A stretch of 64,000 nucleotides of DNA. Origin: OCS155 cluster bacterium AG-349-E07. GTDB taxonomy: Bacteria; Actinomycetota; Acidimicrobiia; Actinomarinales; Actinomarinaceae. The stretch spans positions 8,386 to 72,385 of the forward strand of contig QCCZ01000003.1 of assembly GCA_003281085.1 (NCBI GenBank), in the 5' to 3' direction. Under the pieces are notes generated by a model, which saw only the letters and a program-made list of their open reading frames with translations, was not told the origin of the DNA and ran no database searches. Positions 37,537 to 47,265 of the stretch are shown here, one piece after another; position 1 is the stretch's first letter, and each line of letters opens with the position of its first letter. Position numbers and translations under genes: made by a program.

Positions 37537-38714
37537 TGAATAAAATATATGATGTTGCAATTGTAGGGGCTGGTATTGTTGGTCTCTCAACGGCTCTAAA
37601 ATTACAAGAACAAGGTAAAAATGTTCTTGTATTAGATAAAGAAAAATCTCCAGGGACCCACCAATCTGGTAGAAACTCAGGAGTTATTCATTCTGGAATT
37701 TATTACAAACCTCAGTCTTTCAAATCAAATCTTTGTATTAGAGGCAGAGATCTTTTAATTGATTTTATGAATTCGGAAAGTATTCCATTCAGAATTGAAG
37801 GAAAAATTGTAGTTGACCATGATGTAGAAAAAATTACTCACTTAAACAATAGAGCTAGAGAACTCAACATGGATGGTGTAAGGCCTTTGGAAAGAAATGA
37901 GATACTAGATTTAGAACCAAATTGTAAATTTGAATCAGCATTATATGTTCCTCAAGCTGGAGTAGTTGACTATAAGGTTGTAACAGAGACAATTGCAAAG
38001 AAATTTGAGACACTAGGGGGAACTGTTAAATTTTTTCAAAAAATAAAATCAATAGATTCAAAAAATGATTTAAAAATTCTTACCAGTGATAAGGAAACAT
38101 TTACTTCAGAATATCTAATAAACTGTGCAGGTTTATTTTCTGATACAGTTGCTTTAATGGATAATATTAAGCCTAATTTGAGAATAATTCCTTTTAGGGG
38201 TGAATATTTTGTATTGAACCAGGAGAAATCTAATTTAGTAAATAATATGATTTATCCAATAAGTGATCCAAACTTACCATTTTTGGGAATTCATCTTACC
38301 AAAACAGTTGATGGTCAAATTGAAGCTGGTCCAAATGCAGTTTTAGCATTTGCTAAGGAGGGATATAAATGGAGTAACATCAATGTTTTTGAATTTAGTA
38401 AAACAATTTCATACAAAGGAATGTGGAAGCTAGGCAAGAAATACTTTGGTACAGGAATTTCTGAGATGTATAGATCATTAAACAAGAGAGTATTTCTAAA
38501 GGAAATATTAAATTATATTCCTAATGTTGAGTTAAAAGATTTAGAACCCCGAGTAGCTGGAGTGAGGGCTCAAGCTGTGAGTTCCAGTGGCGACTTGATT
38601 GACGATTTTGTTTTTGAAGAGGGTAATAATTCTCTTCATGTTCTAAATGCACCAAGCCCTGCAGCAACAGCTTCTCTAGCTATTGGTGAGTACATTGCAG
38701 AAAAGATTAACTAA
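37536..38714 (+). CDS. lhgO: FAD-dependent L-2-hydroxyglutarate oxidase/dehydrogenase-like oxidoreductase
   Basis: MNKIYDVAIVGAGIVGLSTA Rossmann N-terminus and LhgO-like length. The track extension back to 37491 reads through the tmRNA and is rejected. Confidence 0.8.
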   Translation: MNKIYDVAIVGAGIVGLSTALKLQEQGKNVLVLDKEKSPGTHQSGRNSGVIHSGIYYKPQSFKSNLCIRGRDLLIDFMNSESIPFRIEGKIVVDHDVEKITHLNNRARELNMDGVRPLERNEILDLEPNCKFESALYVPQAGVVDYKVVTETIAKKFETLGGTVKFFQKIKSIDSKNDLKILTSDKETFTSEYLINCAGLFSDTVALMDNIKPNLRIIPFRGEYFVLNQEKSNLVNNMIYPISDPNLPFLGIHLTKTVDGQIEAGPNAVLAFAKEGYKWSNINVFEFSKTISYKGMWKLGKKYFGTGISEMYRSLNKRVFLKEILNYIPNVELKDLEPRVAGVRAQAVSSSGDLIDDFVFEEGNNSLHVLNAPSPAATASLAIGEYIAEKIN

Positions 38715-40470
38715 TTTTTTCTCCAGTTTGAACTGACCATAGCTTTGAGTAAACCCCATTAATTTCTAAAAGGCTTTCGTGATTTCCAGATTCAACAACT
38801 TCACCTTCTTCTAAAACGTAAATAATTTCAGCATTTCTTATCGTGGATAAACGATGCGCTATTGCAATAACAGTCCTTCCTTCTTTTAAAGTATTAATAG
38901 ACCTCTGTATTGCAGCTTCAGTTTCATTGTCAACGGCTGAAGTTGCTTCATCTAAAATTAATATTTCTGGATTTTTTAGTATTGCTCTTGCTATTGAGAT
39001 TCTTTGCCTTTGCCCACCTGATAGCTTTTGCCCTCTTTCTCCAACGATTGTATTTTCTTTATTAGGCAATAGATTTATAAATTTGTCAGACTCTGAAAGT
39101 CTTGCAGCTTCCCAAACTTCTTCATCTTTTGCATCTAGATTTCCGTATGCAATATTTTCAAAAACTGTACCTTCAAATAAGAATATATCTTGACTTACCA
39201 ATCCAATTTTATTTCTCAGACTGTCTAGTTCTAAATCTCTTATATTCTTGCTATCAAATTTAATTTCTCCAGAAGTTGAATCATATAATCTCAAAATAAG
39301 TTTTATTAGAGTAGATTTCCCAGAACCTGTACTTCCAACAATCGCTGTAGTTTGACCTTTATTTATATCTATAGAAATGTCATTTAAAACCGGAAAATTT
39401 TTTACATATTCAAAATTTAGATTTGATATCTCAATTTTCGTATTAAAACTTGTGAGCTTTTTAGTTCCATTATCAATTGTGGGTGAAGTATTTTTTAAAT
39501 TTATAATTCGTCTAAATGATGCCATTGCCTTTTGATAGGAATCAAAAATTACCCCAAGTTCAGTCAATGGCCATAGTAATCTCTGTGTTATAAATAGCAT
39601 TACTGAATAGGTTGCTACTTTAATTTCTCCATCCAAGGCTAAGAAACCACCAATTAAAAGTGTCGCTGTAAATCCAAATAGTATTGCAATTCGAATTATG
39701 GGAATAAATGCTGCAGATAATCTTATTGCATGATAATTTGCACTTTTAACCTCATTTGATGAAAGAGTTATTCTTTCGCTTTCTTTTTTTTCTCTATTAA
39801 AACTTTTTACTGTGAGTATTCCTGTAATAGAGTTCGAAAGATTGGCATTTAAATTTTCTATATCATTTCGAATCTTTGTATACCTTTCTGCAATTCTGTT
39901 AGTGAATCTAAGTGAGCCAAAAATAATTATTGGAATGGGTATAAAGGCAAACACAGCAACTAGCGGTGAAATATACAAGAATGTTCCACCAATAACAAGA
40001 ACGGTTGTAGCAGTTTGAACTAGTCTGTTTGCACCGTTATCCAAGAAAGTCTCTAGTTGATTTACATCATCATTGAGTATCGCCATCAATCTTCCAGAAG
40101 ATTTATTTTCAAAAAAAGCCAAATCAAGACCGAGGACATTGTTAAAAGCATCTGTTCGTAGAGAATGTTCAATATCTTGGGAGATATTTCTCCAAGTAAC
40201 AGCTGCAATGTAGTCGAATGCTGATTCGAGTCCCCATATTATGAACGTTAAGACGGCGAGTATAATTAATTGCTGTCTTCTGTCGCTGTATCCAAGATTT
40301 CCTATAAAGGAATCAGATCCTTCAACCACTATATCTATCGCAATACCAATCAAAATAGGAGGAGCTAGGTCAAATATTTTATTTAGTATTGAATAAATTA
40401 TTCCTCTACGGACCTTAGTGCCTTGCTCAAGTGCGTATTTAAATAAATCTCTTAAATTATTTTCTTTCAT
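38707..40470 (-). CDS. ABC exporter, fused permease and ATPase (MsbA/MdlB-like)
   Basis: Six-TM N-terminal half, Walker A GSTGSGKST, signature LSGGQRQRISIARA and Walker B ILILDEATS. Confidence 0.9.
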   Translation of the reverse strand: MKENNLRDLFKYALEQGTKVRRGIIYSILNKIFDLAPPILIGIAIDIVVEGSDSFIGNLGYSDRRQQLIILAVLTFIIWGLESAFDYIAAVTWRNISQDIEHSLRTDAFNNVLGLDLAFFENKSSGRLMAILNDDVNQLETFLDNGANRLVQTATTVLVIGGTFLYISPLVAVFAFIPIPIIIFGSLRFTNRIAERYTKIRNDIENLNANLSNSITGILTVKSFNREKKESERITLSSNEVKSANYHAIRLSAAFIPIIRIAILFGFTATLLIGGFLALDGEIKVATYSVMLFITQRLLWPLTELGVIFDSYQKAMASFRRIINLKNTSPTIDNGTKKLTSFNTKIEISNLNFEYVKNFPVLNDISIDINKGQTTAIVGSTGSGKSTLIKLILRLYDSTSGEIKFDSKNIRDLELDSLRNKIGLVSQDIFLFEGTVFENIAYGNLDAKDEEVWEAARLSESDKFINLLPNKENTIVGERGQKLSGGQRQRISIARAILKNPEILILDEATSAVDNETEAAIQRSINTLKEGRTVIAIAHRLSTIRNAEIIYVLEEGEVVESGNHESLLEINGVYSKLWSVQTGEKIS

Positions 40471-40481
40471 AAATTTTTTAA

Positions 40482-40883
40482 TTATTTACTAATCTTATTT
40501 ATTCCATCTCTAATTTCTTTTAGCAATAATACCTCTTTTGATTCTGCAGCTGCTTCTTCAGTTTCTTCATCAGAAACAATGTCTTCAAAATGGTTGTATG
40601 CTTTTATTACTAAAAACATTACAAAGGCAATAATTGTATAGTTTATTACTTCCCCTAAAAAAGCTCCAAAAGAGCCTGCAGACATACCAGATGCAGGATC
40701 TATATCTCCAAACATTCCTAACTTATCTAAATTAGGAAGATTTATTATTAAACCAATCAATGGCTCAACTAATCTCTTGGTAAAAACATCAACCAATGAC
40801 TTAAAAGAAGCGCCCATAACAAACGCTACTCCAAGTTCAACAACATTCCCTCTATTGATAAAATCTCTAAATTCTTTAATCAA
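40482..40883 (-). CDS. mscL: Large-conductance mechanosensitive channel
   Basis: The N-terminus MIKEFRDFINRGNVVELGVAFVMG is canonical MscL. 133 aa with two TMs. Confidence 0.9.
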   Translation of the reverse strand: MIKEFRDFINRGNVVELGVAFVMGASFKSLVDVFTKRLVEPLIGLIINLPNLDKLGMFGDIDPASGMSAGSFGAFLGEVINYTIIAFVMFLVIKAYNHFEDIVSDEETEEAAAESKEVLLLKEIRDGINKISK

Positions 40884-40935
40884 AATTCCTCCTATTGTTT
40901 TTATAAATAATAGAATACATGTAATCTAATAACCT

Positions 40936-42336
40936 ATGAGAAAATTTTTACTTACTTTATTATGTTTAGTTTTAATAACCTGTTCATCAGGAACCGGTGA
41001 AGAATCTGTTTCTGAAATCCAATCAGAAGAAACTACAACTACTGAAAGTACTACAACTACATCTACCTCTACAACAACAACTGTTTATGAAGAGCCCCCG
41101 TTTGCAATTGATGAGTTTGGGTTAGAGATTCAAGAACCGCCGACGGAAATCAAAGAGCAATTAGCTGAATTAATGAAATTTATTGAGAGAAGAACAGGTT
41201 TAGAATTTATAGAAGAACCTCTTTATGATTTTTATACTCTTAACGATTATCAAGAATATAACGCTCTTTCTTTTCTAGACGATTTTGAAGAAGATTATGA
41301 AGAGGGTGAGTGGGAAAGAGCTGTACTTTCAGAGAACATGTGGGGTTTAAATGATTACTCACCAGACCAACTTTTAAATTTACAAGTTGAGTTCCAACGT
41401 TGTTTTTCTGCTGGTTCATACAATTTATTAGATAAAACGCTAAGAGTTCCTATAAAATCAGGTCAAAAAAAGCTAAATTTTTATGAACAGAGAGTAGTAA
41501 TCCATGAACTGGTTCATTCCTTACAGGGTATGCATTTTGAGGTATCTGAGTGGTATCAAGAGATGGATGACTTAGATGATTTCTCAAACTACCCAGGAAT
41601 TAGAGCATTAATGGAAGCTCAAGCTGAATGGGTAGAAGCAAAATGGATTGATAGTTTAGATGCATATGACCGTCAAACGATGCAAGCACAGATTCCAAAT
41701 ATTTCCTGTAGGGTTCAGCTTCCAAATTATTTTTATATACCGTCAGACTTGTATTACACCTATGGTCCAATACTTTCAAGAGAAATTATCAACAAAGGAA
41801 AAATGGCAGCTTTAAATGACGCACTAGGTGAGTATAAAAGAACCGGCTTAACAAACCTCCCAACTTCAGAGCAGATATATTCCCCTGAAAAGTATTTTGC
41901 TAATGAAAGATATGAAGTCATCGAAATTGCTGATGTTGAAATTAATAATTTTGAGTTAATAGATGAAGGTACAATTGGATCTTTAGACCTAGTTTATCTT
42001 TTACAAGACACCATTGGACCTATCCCAGCAATTACTGCTGCAGTTGGAATCGGGGGAGGTTCATGGAAAGACTACGTTGATTTATCTGGCAATTTAGTAA
42101 TGACTGTCAAAATAAGTGGAGATACTCCTGCTGACCTTGATGAAATATATGATGCATATATTTTATGGGGAGATACCCAAAAAAGATTTACAGATGTAGT
42201 TGAACAGTACAACGGAGTAATATATAAAGGCTCGACCAACGTATGGATTTCAAAGCAAAATGGTTTTGTAAAACTGGTACTTTCTCAAGACTTAAACATT
42301 ATTGATGAAATCTCATCGCAGCTTGGTGACCTATAA
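40936..42336 (+). CDS. Lipoprotein with a Thr-rich linker and an HExxH motif (putative zinc metallopeptidase), function unknown
   Basis: Lipobox LVLITC, linker TTTTESTTTTSTSTTTT, and HELVHSLQ with downstream Glu-rich EAQAEW. Confidence 0.6.
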   Translation: MRKFLLTLLCLVLITCSSGTGEESVSEIQSEETTTTESTTTTSTSTTTTVYEEPPFAIDEFGLEIQEPPTEIKEQLAELMKFIERRTGLEFIEEPLYDFYTLNDYQEYNALSFLDDFEEDYEEGEWERAVLSENMWGLNDYSPDQLLNLQVEFQRCFSAGSYNLLDKTLRVPIKSGQKKLNFYEQRVVIHELVHSLQGMHFEVSEWYQEMDDLDDFSNYPGIRALMEAQAEWVEAKWIDSLDAYDRQTMQAQIPNISCRVQLPNYFYIPSDLYYTYGPILSREIINKGKMAALNDALGEYKRTGLTNLPTSEQIYSPEKYFANERYEVIEIADVEINNFELIDEGTIGSLDLVYLLQDTIGPIPAITAAVGIGGGSWKDYVDLSGNLVMTVKISGDTPADLDEIYDAYILWGDTQKRFTDVVEQYNGVIYKGSTNVWISKQNGFVKLVLSQDLNIIDEISSQLGDL

Positions 42337-42341
42337 ACAAA

Positions 42342-43157
42342 GTGGGTACTCTATATATCTGCCCAACCCCAATTGGAAATTTAGACGATGTATCACAAAG
42401 ACTCATTGATGTATTAAACAATGTCGATTTAATTTATTGTGAAGATACAAGACGTGCAAAAAAACTTTTAAATCATTTTGGTATTGAAACAGATATAGAG
42501 TCTTACTTTATTGGCAATGAAGTCAATAAAATTGAAGATATCAAAAGTCATTTGGGAAATAATTTAAACTTAGCTCTTATTTCTGATGCAGGTACGCCTT
42601 TAATTTCCGATCCAGGTAATAAATTAGTAGAGACTGTAATTAGGGAAGGATTTAGAGTTGTATCAATACCCGGTCCCTCAAGTGTCCTAGTAGCTTTAAC
42701 TCTTTCTGGATTCGACATTTCAAATTTTCAATTTTTAGGATTCATACCTAAATCAGGAAAAGAACAAAGGGAATTCTTAATAAAGTTATTAAATGCTCAA
42801 ATGCCAAGTGTCTGTTTTACTTCTCCAAAACGTGTAATAAAAGATCTTGATTATTTTGAAAAAAATGGATTGAATTCACAAATAACAGTTTGTAGGGAAT
42901 TAACAAAAAAATTTGAAACAATTCACCGAGGCGATATCGCAGAAGTAAAACAAAAGCTTAGCTCAGATAATCTCAAAGGAGAAATAACACTCGTCATCGC
43001 ACCTAGTAAATTAAATACAAATGTAAATTTTGAACTAGATTCTGCATTAAAAATATTATTAGATAATGGTGTTCCTAAAAGAGATTTAGCAAAAGCAGTA
43101 TCCCTAATTACGGACATTCCCGTAAACGAAATATACAATAAAATTAAAGATTCTTAA
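42342..43157 (+). CDS. rsmI: 16S rRNA (cytidine1402-2'-O)-methyltransferase
   Basis: The N-terminus LYICPTPIGNLDDVS is characteristic, as is ISDAGTPLISDPG. GTG start. Confidence 0.88.
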   Translation: MGTLYICPTPIGNLDDVSQRLIDVLNNVDLIYCEDTRRAKKLLNHFGIETDIESYFIGNEVNKIEDIKSHLGNNLNLALISDAGTPLISDPGNKLVETVIREGFRVVSIPGPSSVLVALTLSGFDISNFQFLGFIPKSGKEQREFLIKLLNAQMPSVCFTSPKRVIKDLDYFEKNGLNSQITVCRELTKKFETIHRGDIAEVKQKLSSDNLKGEITLVIAPSKLNTNVNFELDSALKILLDNGVPKRDLAKAVSLITDIPVNEIYNKIKDS

Positions 43158-43383
43158 TATCGTCTATACAATTAGAACATAGAAATTTATCTTTGAGTTG
43201 ATATGTAACATCTTTGGATCCACATATAGAACAAGTTTGATAGCCTTTTGTAATTATTAACTTTTTATCTTCAACATACATTGAGATTTCACTATTAGCT
43301 TCAACATCAAGAGCTTTCCTAATGGATTTTGGAATTACAACCCTTCCAAGATTATCAATTTTACTTCTGTTACCTTTACTCAT
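43144..43383 (-). CDS. AbrB/SpoVT-type DNA-binding protein with a C-terminal zinc ribbon
   Basis: DNLGRVVIPKSIRKAL swapped-hairpin motif. C-terminal CSICGS...CSNC. Confidence 0.65.
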   Translation of the reverse strand: MSKGNRSKIDNLGRVVIPKSIRKALDVEANSEISMYVEDKKLIITKGYQTCSICGSKDVTYQLKDKFLCSNCIDDIKNL

Positions 43384-43413
43384 AAATGTATTTAATCCTA
43401 TGCTTATATAGTA

Positions 43414-44193
43414 GTGAATAAAAATAAAACATTAGAGCAATTCAAATGGGTAGACACGCATTGTCATCTTCAACTTTGGAGTAATGAAATCGATGAAAAT
43501 GACTTATTTAATCTAGAGTATGTAGTGATTCCAGGTGTTGATGTTGAGTCTTCATTAAAAGCAAAGCAAGTTTCTGATAGTTTAAAAAAATTGTCCTATT
43601 GGTCAGCAGGCTTGCATCCACATCAAGCCAGTGAATTTGAAACATTAAAAGAATCACTTGATACTTTATTTATCGAAGCAGACTTGATTGGCGAAACTGG
43701 ACTTGATTACTACCGCAATTTATCATCAAAGGAAGATCAGATAAATAGCTTTCTTTACCACCTTGAAGTTGGTGAAAAGCTTTCTAAACCAGTAATTGTT
43801 CATTGCAGAGATAGTTTTTCTGATATATATAAAATTCTTAGTGAGAGAGAAAGCAATAATAAAATTATTCTACATTCATGGACTGGGGGTAATAAGTGGA
43901 CTAAAAAGTTTGCAGAACTAGGTGTTTATTTCTCTATATCTGGAATTGTAACGTACGACACTGCTCTAGATTTGCAACTAGCAGTTAATAATATCCCATT
44001 AAACAAAATTTTAGTTGAAACAGACATTCCTTATTTAGCTCCTGAACCTTATAAAGGACAAAAAAATAAACCGTCTTATATCATGTATACTGCTGAAAAA
44101 ATTTCAAAAATATTAGATATATCTCTGAATGAGTTTTCAGAACTTACTAAAAAAAATACTGATAGATTATTATCTCGAGATTTACATGAGTGA
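43414..44193 (+). CDS. tatD: TatD-family metal-dependent hydrolase
   Basis: WVDTHCHL and GETGLDYY motifs. 259 aa. Confidence 0.88.
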   Translation: MNKNKTLEQFKWVDTHCHLQLWSNEIDENDLFNLEYVVIPGVDVESSLKAKQVSDSLKKLSYWSAGLHPHQASEFETLKESLDTLFIEADLIGETGLDYYRNLSSKEDQINSFLYHLEVGEKLSKPVIVHCRDSFSDIYKILSERESNNKIILHSWTGGNKWTKKFAELGVYFSISGIVTYDTALDLQLAVNNIPLNKILVETDIPYLAPEPYKGQKNKPSYIMYTAEKISKILDISLNEFSELTKKNTDRLLSRDLHE

Positions 44194-44977
44194 ACAAGAA
44201 TGGGTTGAAAAATTAGAATCAAAGCCAAATTATAAATTAGGCCAAAACTTTTTAATTGATTCAAATATATCAAGAAAAATTACAAAATTAGTTCAGGGAC
44301 AATTAGCAGATCCAATAATTGAAGTTGGTCCTGGCACGGGATCTTTAACTAGTGAATTATTAAAAGACAATTACAGAATTAAAGCAGTAGAAATTGATGG
44401 GAATCTTGCAGAGATTCTAAATGAAAGATTTATTGATGTACCTAATCTAGAGATCTTCAATGAAGATGCAATGGAATTTGACTACACACAACTTCAAGGT
44501 CCTTGGTGGATTTTTGTATCGAATTTGCCTTACAATATCGGAACAAGATTGTTGGTTAAATTGATAACTGAAGTTCCTGTAATTCATAGATATGTTGTCA
44601 TGGTTCAAAAAGAGGTGGGAGATAGAATTGTTGCTAATCCTGGAGGAAAAGAATATGGGGCTTTATCAGTCTTATTTAAATTATTTACTGAATCTAAGAT
44701 TCAATTTGATGTTTCAAAAAATTGTTTCTATCCACCTCCAAAAATTACTTCTTCTGTTCTGACTATTCAAAGAGAGACTATTTTGGATGAAGAAACAAGA
44801 ATTCGAGCATTTGAAATATCTAAAATTGCTTTTCAACAAAAAAGAAAAAAAGTGAGAACATCACTCAAATCAATAATCTCTGAGGGCCGTCTTGTTGAAT
44901 TAGGAATAGACCCTAATAATCGCGCAAGTAATTTAACTCCTGAAAATTATTATGATATTGCAAAGGACATATTGTGA
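44186..44977 (+). CDS. rsmA: 16S rRNA (adenine1518/1519-N6)-dimethyltransferase
   Basis: LGQNFLID and EVGPGTGSLT SAM motifs, plus NLPYNI. The start at ATG 44186 overlaps the tatD end by 8 nt. Confidence 0.9.
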   Translation: MSEQEWVEKLESKPNYKLGQNFLIDSNISRKITKLVQGQLADPIIEVGPGTGSLTSELLKDNYRIKAVEIDGNLAEILNERFIDVPNLEIFNEDAMEFDYTQLQGPWWIFVSNLPYNIGTRLLVKLITEVPVIHRYVVMVQKEVGDRIVANPGGKEYGALSVLFKLFTESKIQFDVSKNCFYPPPKITSSVLTIQRETILDEETRIRAFEISKIAFQQKRKKVRTSLKSIISEGRLVELGIDPNNRASNLTPENYYDIAKDIL

Positions 44978-45795
44978 AAATATTATCTTCAGCAAAAATC
45001 AATCTTAATTTAAAAATTCATGATGGTTTACAAGATAATTATCACAAGATTGAATCAGATATTATTCCTGTTGGTATTTTTGATGAAATAGTAATTAAAG
45101 AAAGTCAAAAAGATCAGATTGTTTTTAATATTGACAAATTAAATTATGAGTTAACAACAATTCATAAATCTTTATCATTAATGAGAAAACTCAATCCTTC
45201 TTTTGATAAATCCTTTGAAATCAAAGTTGATAAGCAGATACCAATAGAATCTGGACTTGGTGGAGGAAGTTCAAACGGTGCAGCAATAATCAATTTCCTC
45301 TGTTCAAATTATGAATTATCAATGCCTTCTTACCATGATGTCGTGAAGCAAGTTGGAAGTGATGTTCCATTCTTTATAAATAAACAACCAGCAACTATAT
45401 CAGGTATTGGTGAAAATGTTCTAAATCTGAATGATACTCCACCAATGAAAATCATTATTGCTGTCCCAAAAAACGGTTTGAGCACAAAAGAAGTCTTTGA
45501 AAAATATGACGAAATACAACCAAAGGACACTGATAAGTATTTGTGGAATGGTGTCTCACTTTTTAATGATCTCTGGAATATATCTACAGAAATCTACCCA
45601 GAACTTAATGCAATAAAAGAAAACCTTGAAGAGAGATACAAAAAAAACTTTTTTATGTCCGGTAGCGGGTCAGCTCTTTTTTCATTGTTTGAAGAACATG
45701 AAGAGATTGAAGAAATAGATTCTGAAGAATACAATCTTAAATATTTTTCAATAACTAAGAAAATTGATTGTAGTTTCTCTCAAAATGACGATTAG
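44974..45795 (+). CDS. ispE: 4-diphosphocytidyl-2-C-methyl-D-erythritol kinase
   Basis: GHMP kinase motif PIESGLGGGSSNGAA and N-terminal KINLNLKI. It follows ksgA, as in actinobacteria. Confidence 0.88.
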   Translation: MKILSSAKINLNLKIHDGLQDNYHKIESDIIPVGIFDEIVIKESQKDQIVFNIDKLNYELTTIHKSLSLMRKLNPSFDKSFEIKVDKQIPIESGLGGGSSNGAAIINFLCSNYELSMPSYHDVVKQVGSDVPFFINKQPATISGIGENVLNLNDTPPMKIIIAVPKNGLSTKEVFEKYDEIQPKDTDKYLWNGVSLFNDLWNISTEIYPELNAIKENLEERYKKNFFMSGSGSALFSLFEEHEEIEEIDSEEYNLKYFSITKKIDCSFSQNDD

Positions 45796-45814
45796 AATAT
45801 ATTTGCATAACAAT

Positions 45815-45889
45815 TGGGGGATGGTGTAATTGGCAACACAATGGGTTTTGGTCCCATCGTTGAGGGTTCGAGTCCTTCTCCCCCAGCCA
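45815..45889 (+). tRNA. tRNA-Gln (anticodon TTG), CCA encoded
   Basis: Hand-folded cloverleaf. Acceptor tggggga/tccccca. D stem gtgt/acac with a GG loop. Anticodon stem atggg/cccat with loop ttTTGgt. T arm gaggg-ttcgagt-ccttc. Confidence 0.9.
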
Positions 45890-45900
45890 TCAATTTTGAA

Positions 45901-47265
45901 ATGAATGTATCAGGAGTAATATTAGCCGCAGGTAAAGGGACTAGAATGAAGTCCAATTTACCAAAAGTCTTACATTCTGTTTTAGGAAAAAAATTAATTT
46001 CATACGCTCTAGAGGTTATTGAGGATATAAATACTAAATATGTTGTAGTAGGGCATGAAGCTAAACAAGTTATGGAAGCTCTGCCAGAATCACTTAATTT
46101 TGTTATCCAAGTGGAGCAAAAAGGTACAGGACATGCAATTTCAATACTGTTAGAGGATAAAAAATTTGCTAATGATACATCTGAATATATTCTTGTTCTT
46201 CCAGGCGATGTACCAATGATCAATAGCAGTGATATTAAAAATCTAATTAAAAAAGTAACTGACTCTAGTTCAACAATTGGCTTTCTTACATCTAAGGTCT
46301 CTAATCCATTTGGATATGGAAGAGTCATTCGACAAAATAAACAAATAAAAATTGTTGAGGAAAAAGACTGCACAGAAGAAGAGAGGTTGGTCGATGAAAT
46401 TAATTCAGGGATATATTGTTTTGAAAAAGAATTTCTCCTTGAGCAAATCAACAATTTGAATACCTCTAATGCGCAGGGAGAATTTTATATAACTGACTTA
46501 ATAGGTATTGCAAATAATGAAAAAAAAGATATTGTTATAGTACAAGTAGAAGAAGATTCAATAAGAGGAATAAATTCTATGGGCCAACTAAATGAAGTTG
46601 AAGACACTCTGTTAAAGCAAACAATACAACAATTCATGGACGAAGGTGTTTACTTTCAAGACCCAACCTCTACATATGTAGATTCAACTGTTAAAATTTC
46701 TGCTGGTACAAAAGTTTACGCAAACAGTCATTTAAAAGGTGAAACGGAGATAGGTCCTGATTGTGAGATTGGACCAAATGCTCAAATTAATAATTCAAAA
46801 GTTGGCCAAGGTTCAAAAGTATTAAATTCAGTGGTAGACGATTCAATTATTGATGCTGGAGGTCAAATAGGACCTTTTGCACACATTAGACCTGGTTCAG
46901 AACTAGGAGAAAATGTGAAGGTTGGAGCTTTTGCTGAAACAAAAAAATCGAAGATTGGTAAGGGAAGCAAAATTCCTCATCTTGCATATGTAGGTGATGC
47001 AGAATTAGGCTCAGGTGTTAATTTTTCTGCAGGAGCAATAACAGTCAATTACGATGGTAAAAATAAACATAAAACTGATATTGAAGACGGAGCATTTATT
47101 GGATCAGATGTCATGCTTGTTGCTCCAGTAACTATTGGAAAAGAATCAATGATAGGTGCAGGTTCTGTAATTACAAAAGATGTGCCTTCAAAAGCGTTAG
47201 GTATTGAAAGAAGTGATCAAAAAAATATAGATGGCTATATGGATAGAAAGAAAAAAAATGATTGA
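45901..47265 (+). CDS. glmU: Bifunctional UDP-N-acetylglucosamine pyrophosphorylase / glucosamine-1-phosphate N-acetyltransferase
   Basis: The start MNVSGVILAAGKGTRMKS is the LAAGxGTRM motif. C-terminal hexapeptide repeats. The track extension to 45814 runs through the tRNA. Confidence 0.92.
   Translation: MNVSGVILAAGKGTRMKSNLPKVLHSVLGKKLISYALEVIEDINTKYVVVGHEAKQVMEALPESLNFVIQVEQKGTGHAISILLEDKKFANDTSEYILVLPGDVPMINSSDIKNLIKKVTDSSSTIGFLTSKVSNPFGYGRVIRQNKQIKIVEEKDCTEEERLVDEINSGIYCFEKEFLLEQINNLNTSNAQGEFYITDLIGIANNEKKDIVIVQVEEDSIRGINSMGQLNEVEDTLLKQTIQQFMDEGVYFQDPTSTYVDSTVKISAGTKVYANSHLKGETEIGPDCEIGPNAQINNSKVGQGSKVLNSVVDDSIIDAGGQIGPFAHIRPGSELGENVKVGAFAETKKSKIGKGSKIPHLAYVGDAELGSGVNFSAGAITVNYDGKNKHKTDIEDGAFIGSDVMLVAPVTIGKESMIGAGSVITKDVPSKALGIERSDQKNIDGYMDRKKKND

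Noticed and set aside
37408-37590. 60-aa minus-strand ORF, and the 15-codon N-terminal extension of ORF 37491..38714
   Set aside because: Both overlap the tmRNA gene. Its acceptor stem, T-arm, tag ORF and CCA are clear. The oxidoreductase starts at ATG 37536.
37199-45889. Genomic island or prophage integrated at ssrA or tRNA-Gln
   Set aside because: No integrase, excisionase, phage or transposase genes flank either RNA gene. I saw no duplicated 3'-end (att-like) copy. The neighbours are conserved housekeeping genes.
45792-46454. 220-aa minus-strand ORF in the track
   Set aside because: It lies antisense to the well-supported glmU gene and runs through the tRNA-Gln. Its product is low-complexity (Ser/Ile/Leu-rich) with no motif, which is typical of a spurious antisense ORF.
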